From Myxococcota bacterium (GTDB lineage Bacteria; Myxococcota_A; UBA9160; UBA4427), in the NCBI GenBank assembly GCA_965250285.1, contig OZ252299.1, forward strand, positions 3,040,001 through 3,104,000: DNA of 64,000 nt. Direction: 5' to 3'. Every line of letters starts with the position of its first letter. The first letter of the stretch is position 1. Position numbers and translations under genes: made by a program. Below the pieces are notes generated by a model, which saw only the letters and a list, made by a program, of their open reading frames with translations, searched no databases and was not told the DNA's origin. This document shows, one piece after another, positions 58,051 through 64,000 of the stretch.

Positions 58051-59069
58051 CCGGCCTGCAGCTCGGCGATCACGCGACGCGCGGCGGCATCGTCGGTCGC
58101 GTCGTCGGGCACCGGGAACGTGATCCGCGTGGCGATGCCTTCGTAATCGGCGAGGAGCATCGCGGCGATCTCGCCGTACGGAGCCGAAGGCACGAATGCG
58201 TCGAGCATCTCGTCGGTGACGAGACCGCGCATTCCGTCCCAGTCGCCCTCACGGGTCTTGGCGTGCAGCGCTTCGCCGACCTCGCGAAAGCCGAAGAGGT
58301 CGAGGGATGGCCAGTACGACGGCGTCGAGTAGAGGAACGTGAGCAGCTCGCGGGCCCATTCGCGCTTCGCGGCGACGGCGGCCGCGTCGACACCGGTCGC
58401 GACGAAGCCGGCGGCCATGAGTCGGCAGTCGCCGGGCGCCCGCCCCGAGGTCGCGGCGCCTTCGGCGACCTTCGGCACGACCACCTCACGCAGATAGCGC
58501 GCCGAGCTGTTGGTCGGATGCGTCATCAATCCATCGGCGACCTCACCCGCCAACGCGGTCATGCGCGGCCCGACCCCGCCCATGAGCAGCGCCGGAGCAC
58601 CGCCCTCGACCGGCCCGGGGTTGAAGAAGGGCTGCATCCGCGTGAACCGGTACTGCTCGCCCTCGAACGAGAGCTTCGCGCCGCTCTGCCAGCAGTCGAA
58701 GATCGCGCGCAACGCGAGCACGTACTCGCGCATGCGCGGGATCGGTGAAGTCCAGGGCGTCGAGTAGCGACCGACGATGTTGCCGCGCACCTGCGAACCC
58801 ATGCCGAGCTCGAACCGACCGCGTGAGAGATCTTGCAGATCCCATGCGGCGTGGGCGACGACCATGGGGCTGCGCGGAAAGACCACGAGCACGCTCGTCG
58901 TGACCTTGATGCGCTCGGTGGCCGCGAGTGCGGCCTGCGCGACGAGCAGGCCATCGTGCACGGCGTCGGGTACGAAGAGGCCGTCGTAGCCGAGCGCTTC
59001 GACGCGCTGCGCGTGGGCGGCGACCTCGGCCACGCGCATGCGTTCGCTCATCGTCGCGAACACTTCCAT
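58047..59069 (-). CDS. LLM-class F420-dependent oxidoreductase (MSMEG_2256-like)
   Basis: FPRSPM..AHAAWDLQ..GRFELGMGSQV, GEVADG..HP, STPSY; GGAGG RBS. Confidence 0.88.
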   Translation of the reverse strand: MEVFATMSERMRVAEVAAHAQRVEALGYDGLFVPDAVHDGLLVAQAALAATERIKVTTSVLVVFPRSPMVVAHAAWDLQDLSRGRFELGMGSQVRGNIVGRYSTPWTSPIPRMREYVLALRAIFDCWQSGAKLSFEGEQYRFTRMQPFFNPGPVEGGAPALLMGGVGPRMTALAGEVADGLMTHPTNSSARYLREVVVPKVAEGAATSGRAPGDCRLMAAGFVATGVDAAAVAAKREWARELLTFLYSTPSYWPSLDLFGFREVGEALHAKTREGDWDGMRGLVTDEMLDAFVPSAPYGEIAAMLLADYEGIATRITFPVPDDATDDAAARRVIAELQAG

Positions 59070-59254
59070 CGATCCCTCCTGCCTGTTCGTTGCGTGTCGA
59101 TCCGAGCATAGATCGCAGCGTGGGCGCACCGCGAAGGACGAAGACTTATTCAGTGAGACTGATGAAGTCGCGAATGCGACGGCCCAGGGCGCCACGACGC
59201 GGGGTCATGGGCTCGATCGCATCATGTGTATAGATCTGAATGCCTCACCGGGGA

Positions 59255-59268
59255 TAGAACACGTTTCA
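59255..59268. promoter_or_regulatory. KstR-type operator TAGAACACGTTTCA
   Basis: Exact match to TnnAACnnGTTnnA; overlaps a possible -35 (TTTCAA) 17 nt before TATCAT (59287). Confidence 0.65.
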
Positions 59269-59375
59269 AGACTCGCCATTCGCCGGTATCATCCGATGAC
59301 CGCGCATGCCTCGCGCGCGCACGTTCGTCAGCCGAAGTCGCCCTCCTGAAACAAGCACAACCCAGAGGAACTCCA

Positions 59376-60557
59376 ATGCACGTCGACCTCTCTCCCGACC
59401 AGCAGGCACTCAAGCAGAAGCTGCGCAAGTACTTCGATGGGCTGATGACGCCCGAGCTGCGGGGCAAGCTGGGCCCGATGAGCCTCGAGGGTGGCACCGC
59501 CTACCGCGAGACGATCAAGCAGATGGGCCGCGACGGCTGGCTCGGTGTGGGCTGGCCGAAGGAGTATGGAGGCGGCGGCCTCACTGCGATCGAGCAGCTC
59601 ATCTTCTTCGACGAACTGCGTCGTGCGGGCGCCCCACTGCCCTTCGTCACGCTCAACACGGTCGGCCCCGCGCTGATGGAGCATGGCTCCGAAGAGCACA
59701 AGGCCGAGTTCCTGACCAAGATCCTCGCGGGCGAGGTGCACTTCGCGATTGGCTACACCGAACCCGAAGCGGGCACCGACCTCGCGTCGCTCAAGACGTC
59801 GGCCGTCAAGGACGGCGACGAGTGGGTCATCAACGGGACGAAGATCTACACCAGCGGCGCGAACGATGCCGACTACATCTGGCTCGCGGCGCGCACCGAT
59901 GCGGACGCCCCGAAGCACAAGGGCATCACGATCTTCATCGTTCCGACGAACGACCCCGGCTTCAGCCACTCGCTGATCCACACGGTGGGCGGCGGAGCGA
60001 CGTGCATGACGTACTACGAGAACATTCGCGTCCCGAACACGGCGATCGTCGGCGGCCTGAACAACGGCTGGCGGCTCATCACGACGCAGCTGAATCACGA
60101 GCGCGTCGGGCTCGCCGCATTCGGTGCGATCGGCTTCAAGCATCTCGAGAACGTCGATCAGTACTGCCGAGAGACGAAGGATGCCCAGGGCGCCGCGCTG
60201 ATCGACAAGCCGCGCGTCCAGGCCGCGCTCGCCGAGTGCTATGCGCGACTTCAGGCGATGAACGTCATGAACTACCGCATGGCGTGGGCGTGGGAGCAGG
60301 GGCACATGGATCCGGCCCACGCGTCGGCGGTGAAGGTCTACAGCACCGAAACGGTGATCCAGGTCTACCGCCGCCTCGGCGAGTGCCTCGGAGCAGCGGG
60401 CTCGCTGCGCAAGGGCTCACCGGGTGCTGCCCTCGCAGGCGACATCAGCCAGGAAGCCCGGGCCAGCCAGATCAACACCTTCGGTGGCGGTGTCAACGAG
60501 ATCCAGCGCGAGATCATCTCGATGGCCGGCCTGCGCATGCCGCGGGTCCCGCGCTAG
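59376..60557 (+). CDS. Acyl-CoA dehydrogenase, FadE29(ChsE2)/FadE26-like
   Basis: MGRDGWLGVGWPKEYGG, FAIGYTEPEAGTDLASL, ITTQLNHERV, TFGGGVNE...PRVPR resemble mycobacterial FadE29 as recalled. Confidence 0.9.
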   Translation: MHVDLSPDQQALKQKLRKYFDGLMTPELRGKLGPMSLEGGTAYRETIKQMGRDGWLGVGWPKEYGGGGLTAIEQLIFFDELRRAGAPLPFVTLNTVGPALMEHGSEEHKAEFLTKILAGEVHFAIGYTEPEAGTDLASLKTSAVKDGDEWVINGTKIYTSGANDADYIWLAARTDADAPKHKGITIFIVPTNDPGFSHSLIHTVGGGATCMTYYENIRVPNTAIVGGLNNGWRLITTQLNHERVGLAAFGAIGFKHLENVDQYCRETKDAQGAALIDKPRVQAALAECYARLQAMNVMNYRMAWAWEQGHMDPAHASAVKVYSTETVIQVYRRLGECLGAAGSLRKGSPGAALAGDISQEARASQINTFGGGVNEIQREIISMAGLRMPRVPR

Positions 60558-60657
60558 TCGGCTCGACCGACCCGGCGCGCCCGACAAACCGAGAGACGAC
60601 AGCCTCATCTAGAGACGAAGCGCTCGGACGAAACCCGAGCGGAAGAGAGACCGAGAC

Positions 60658-61794
60658 GTGGACTTTTCGTTCAGCGAAGAACAGGACGCCGTCAAGGAGC
60701 TGGCAAGCCAGATCCTCGAGGACGCGTGTCAGCACGAGCACCTCATGGCCCTCGAGAACGACGCCGAGGGCGACGGCATCGACGGCGATCTCTGGAAGGC
60801 GCTCGGCGATGCCAATCTGCTGGGCGTGGCGCTGCCCGAGAAGGATGGCGGCAGCGAGCTGGGGCTGCAGGCCCTGCTGCTGCTGCTCGAAGAGGCGGGA
60901 CGCACGACCGCTCCGATCCCGCTCTACGCGAGCATCGTCTGCTCGGCGTTGCCCATCGCGCAGTTCGGTAGTGACGCACTCAAGGCCCGGCTTCTCCCGG
61001 GCGTCGTGAGCGGCGAAGCCATGTTGACCGCCGCCCTCGACGAGGAGGGCATGCAAGAGCCGACTCAGCCCTCGACCACCGCCCGGGCCGACGGGGACGC
61101 CTGGGTGATCGATGGCGTGAAGACCTGCGTACCGGCGGTGTCGCGCGCGTCGGCGATGCTCGTGCCGGCCCGAACCGAGAACGGCGACGTCGGCGTCTTC
61201 GTCGTCGACCCGAAGGCAGACGGCGTCACGATCGAGATCGGCCGCAACAACCACCACGAGCGCGTCGGCCTCGTGACACTCGAAGGCGTTCGCGTCGGGG
61301 CCGACGACGTGCTCGGGACGCCCGCCGAAGGCGAAGAGATCATCGGCTGGATCGCCGAGCGCGCCCAGGCGGCTCTGTGCGCGATCCAGGTCGGCATCTG
61401 CGAAGAGGCGCTGCGCCAGACGGCCGCGTACACGACGACGCGCAAGCAGTTCGGCCGTGAGATCGGCGCCTACCAGGGCGTTTCGCTGCGAGCGGCCGAC
61501 GGCTACATCGACATCGAGTGCATGCGCTCGACGCTGTGGCTGGCGGGCTGGCGACTCGAGCAGGGGCTCGACGCGCGCAAAGAAGTCGCCGCAGCCAAGT
61601 GGTGGGCGTGCGAAGGCGGCAGCCGCGTCGTGCACTCGGCGCAGCATCTGCACGGCGGCACCGGGGCCGACATCGAGTACCCCGTGCACCGCTTCTTTCT
61701 CTGGCAGCGCTCGGTCGAGATGGAGCTCGGCGCCGCCAGCGTCCAGCTCGAGCGACTCGGCGGCCTGATGGCGGTGGAGCCCCAGCGCTTCTGA
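60658..61794 (+). CDS. Acyl-CoA dehydrogenase, FadE27/FadE28-like partner subunit
   Basis: MDFSFSEEQ, RKQFGREIGAYQGV, QHLHGGTGADIEYPVHRF. Confidence 0.9.
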   Translation: MDFSFSEEQDAVKELASQILEDACQHEHLMALENDAEGDGIDGDLWKALGDANLLGVALPEKDGGSELGLQALLLLLEEAGRTTAPIPLYASIVCSALPIAQFGSDALKARLLPGVVSGEAMLTAALDEEGMQEPTQPSTTARADGDAWVIDGVKTCVPAVSRASAMLVPARTENGDVGVFVVDPKADGVTIEIGRNNHHERVGLVTLEGVRVGADDVLGTPAEGEEIIGWIAERAQAALCAIQVGICEEALRQTAAYTTTRKQFGREIGAYQGVSLRAADGYIDIECMRSTLWLAGWRLEQGLDARKEVAAAKWWACEGGSRVVHSAQHLHGGTGADIEYPVHRFFLWQRSVEMELGAASVQLERLGGLMAVEPQRF

Positions 61795-61818
61795 ATGCAG
61801 CCTGACGTCGATCCATGC

Positions 61819-61849
61819 CGAGCCGGCTCGACCCAGTCGAGCCGGCTCG
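61819..61849 (+). terminator. Hairpin downstream of the ACAD pair
   Basis: CGAGCCGGCTCGAC-CCA-GTCGAGCCGGCTCG, 14-bp stem. Confidence 0.45.
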
Positions 61850-61984
61850 CGCGCGTTTAGGGGGTGCTCGCGGCGCCGCGCCCGTCGCTCGACTTGCGCT
61901 CGGCGGACCCTGGGCGAGACTCCGCGCGAACGCACCGCGCGGGGCCCACGGGCCCGAGCGCGGCCGCAGAGCGCCGGGGGGCGT

Positions 61985-63256
61985 ATGCCGATCGACATCC
62001 GCATGCCCGAGATCGCCGCCGACATCGAGGAGGCGGACGTGCTGGCGTGGCTGGTCGCTCCGGGCGAATCGGTCCGGGCCGGCGACGTCCTGCTCGAGAT
62101 CGAGACCGAGAAGAGCACGGTCGAGATCGAGAGCCCTCACGACGGCGTGCTCGTCGAGATCATCGTGGGCGACGACACGTCGGGCGTCGCCGTTGGCACC
62201 GTGCTCGCGCGACTCGAACCGAGCAACGCCGCGGCCGCCGAGGCGCCGTCGACCGAGTCGGCGCAGCCCAACGCGCCTTCGAGCGAAACCGCATCCGCGG
62301 CACCGAGCCCCGAGCCGGCATCGCCGGTGCCGACCGAGTCAGCAGCCCCCGGGCCCGAAGCCGATGCACCGACCGCCACCGCCCTCGCCCGGCGCATCGC
62401 CGACCAGGCCGGCGTCGAGCTACGAGACCTCACCGGGACGGGCGCCCACGGTCGCATCACCCGGGCGGACGTCGAGGACCGAATCGGCGGCGACCCCCCC
62501 GAGCCCGCCACGGCCCCTGCACCGCCGCCCCCCGCGGCGGCGCCCCCCACCCCGCCTGCGCCGCTCTCCGAGGGATCGACCCGCGAGCCGCTCTCGCGCA
62601 TGCGGCGCACCATCGCCCAGCGCCTGGGCGAGTCGAAGCGCGACATCCCGCACTTCTATCTCGCCGCCGACTGCCGAATCGATGCGCTCCTCGAGGCCCG
62701 CCGCCAGCTGAACGACACCCTCGAGGGCGACTACAAGGTGTCGGTGAACGACTTCGTCGTGCGGGCGGCTGCGGTGGCGCTGCGTCTCGTGCCCGCCGCC
62801 AACGTGTCGTTCGATACGGATGCCCTGATCCACCACGGCACGGTCGATGTCGCCGTGGCGGTCGCCACCGAAGGCGGCCTGATCACGCCCATCGTGCGCA
62901 ACGCCGACCGCAAGGGCCTCGCAGACATCTCCGCCGAAGTTCGCGATCTCGCCACGCGCGCCCGGGCCGGCCGCCTGTCACCCAAGGAGTACTCGGGGGG
63001 CAGCTTCAGCGTGTCGAATCTCGGCATGTATGGGATCGACAGCGTCTACGCCATCGTGAACCCGCCTCACGCGGGCATTCTCGGCGTCGGCCAGGGCGAG
63101 CCCCGACCCGTGGTCGAGGGCGGCACGGTCGTGCCCGCCACGGTCATGACGTGCACGCTCTCGGCCGATCATCGTGCCATCGACGGCGCAGTGGGCGCCG
63201 AATGGCTCGCGACGTTCAAACGACTGATCGAGTCGCCGCTCGAGATGAGCCTCTAG
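61985..63256 (+). CDS. pdhC: Dihydrolipoamide acyltransferase (E2 of a 2-oxoacid dehydrogenase complex)
   Basis: Lipoyl domain EIETEKS, E3-binding GTGAHGRITRADV, catalytic DHRAIDG. Confidence 0.85.
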   Translation: MPIDIRMPEIAADIEEADVLAWLVAPGESVRAGDVLLEIETEKSTVEIESPHDGVLVEIIVGDDTSGVAVGTVLARLEPSNAAAAEAPSTESAQPNAPSSETASAAPSPEPASPVPTESAAPGPEADAPTATALARRIADQAGVELRDLTGTGAHGRITRADVEDRIGGDPPEPATAPAPPPPAAAPPTPPAPLSEGSTREPLSRMRRTIAQRLGESKRDIPHFYLAADCRIDALLEARRQLNDTLEGDYKVSVNDFVVRAAAVALRLVPAANVSFDTDALIHHGTVDVAVAVATEGGLITPIVRNADRKGLADISAEVRDLATRARAGRLSPKEYSGGSFSVSNLGMYGIDSVYAIVNPPHAGILGVGQGEPRPVVEGGTVVPATVMTCTLSADHRAIDGAVGAEWLATFKRLIESPLEMSL

Positions 63257-63728
63257 GGATGAAGAGCTTCTCGGGCTCGCGGTAGTCGGGGTAGTGCTTG
63301 CGGTCGGTGCGCCGCGCACTCATCTGGTCGATCAGCGCCAGGACGTCGCGGCGACTGACCTGGCCGACCAGTCGACCCTCATCCACCACAGGCAAACGTC
63401 GAAGCCCCTTCGTGAGAAAGTAGTGGGCGATGCCGTACAGGTCGGTGTCGGGGGTGATGGTCGTGCAGTCGACCGTCATGAAGTTCTCGACGCGTCCCTG
63501 CCCCTCCTGCTCGCCTGCGTAGAACTCATCGGACGAGAGGACGCGCAGACAATCGAGCTCGGAGAGGACGCCCAGCAGTCTCCCATCGGCGTCGGTGACC
63601 GGTGCACCCGAGATCTTCTTCGTGAGGAGGATCCGGATCGCCTCCGCGATCGGGGTACTCGGCCGGAAGGTGACGACGGACGTCACCATGATCTCCTGGG
63701 CGGTCGGCATGCGGTGGGATTCGGGCAT
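63216..63728 (-). CDS. CBS domain protein
   Basis: Two CBS repeats (ISGAPV..GVLSELD; RRLPVV..GQVSRRD); GAGG RBS. Confidence 0.88.
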   Translation of the reverse strand: MPESHRMPTAQEIMVTSVVTFRPSTPIAEAIRILLTKKISGAPVTDADGRLLGVLSELDCLRVLSSDEFYAGEQEGQGRVENFMTVDCTTITPDTDLYGIAHYFLTKGLRRLPVVDEGRLVGQVSRRDVLALIDQMSARRTDRKHYPDYREPEKLFIPRGSSRAATRSVV

Positions 63729-64000
63729 GGGGGCACCTCTCTGATTTCGTCCCGTCGCTCCTCGGAAGGCGCTCTGGGCGGGCGGCTGAATCGCCTCGGG
63801 TCGTTCGATCGAAATGCGTCTAGGCGTACGTTCCTCGGGCCGGTCCGGCGCGCTCTCGGGGGATTCGATTCCCGCTGTTCGTCGGCCTGCGCCCGCCCGC
63901 GCCGGGGCGCGGTTGTCGCAGAACCGTCACACCGATATTGTATGAGTGCCCGAAAAGACCCGGCAACCAATTTGGGCCGGATTCGGCTCTCTCCCCGCTC

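Noticed and set aside
59159..59190. Hammerhead-like CTGATGA followed by a GTCGC-GAAT-GCGAC stem
   Set aside because: The required GAAA after stem II is absent (GGCC follows), and no stems I/III are evident
62221..62570. Low-complexity Pro/Ala-rich DNA
   Set aside because: Encodes the ordinary flexible linkers of the E2 subunit
1..64000. CRISPR arrays, tRNA/rRNA genes, IS transposases, defence systems
   Set aside because: No regularly spaced repeats, cloverleaf or rRNA signatures, or such protein motifs were seen by eye
1..64000. Complete steroid degradation pathway
   Set aside because: No ring-attacking enzymes (KstD, KshAB, HsaA-D) were recognised in the window; the steroid link rests on side-chain-type homologs and one motif

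Overview
GC-rich bacterial chromosomal segment with about 59 CDSs. I recognised no rRNA, tRNA, CRISPR array, transposase or integrase. The window is dominated by CoA-dependent lipid/steroid-type catabolism: 7 acyl-CoA dehydrogenases (including FadE28/29-like pairs), 4 CaiB/BaiF CoA-transferases, 6 crotonase-family enzymes, a MaoC pair, an Ltp2-like retro-aldolase with a DUF35 partner, an HMG-CoA-synthase-like/DUF35 fusion, a cytochrome P450, 2 acyl-CoA ligases, 5 SDRs and 3 LLM (F420-type) oxidoreductases. Interspersed are an ArsR/SRPBCC/VOC operon, an IPTL-CTERM surface protein, three tandem sensor-LuxR regulators, an ABC1 kinase, a GT-C glycosyltransferase, a fused indolepyruvate:ferredoxin oxidoreductase, a diiron ferritin-like protein, DNA polymerase II, an orphan E2 subunit and a CBS protein. 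The IPTL-CTERM protein and E. coli-type Pol II suggest a diderm (possibly Myxococcota/Binatia-like) host carrying actinobacterial-style catabolic genes; this is inference only. The most notable non-coding signals are: (i) a recurring 23-bp palindrome, ATACGATACG-N3-CGTATCGTAT, upstream of three acyl-CoA dehydrogenase units; (ii) an exact KstR-type box upstream of the fadE29/28-like pair; (iii) a ~170-bp hairpin element flanked by a 15-bp direct repeat, inserted into a shared CTAG stop site; (iv) several apparently leaderless genes. Many starts were re-assigned from the ORF track using RBS, gene overlap and paralog alignment. All product calls come from recognising motifs by eye, not from database searches.
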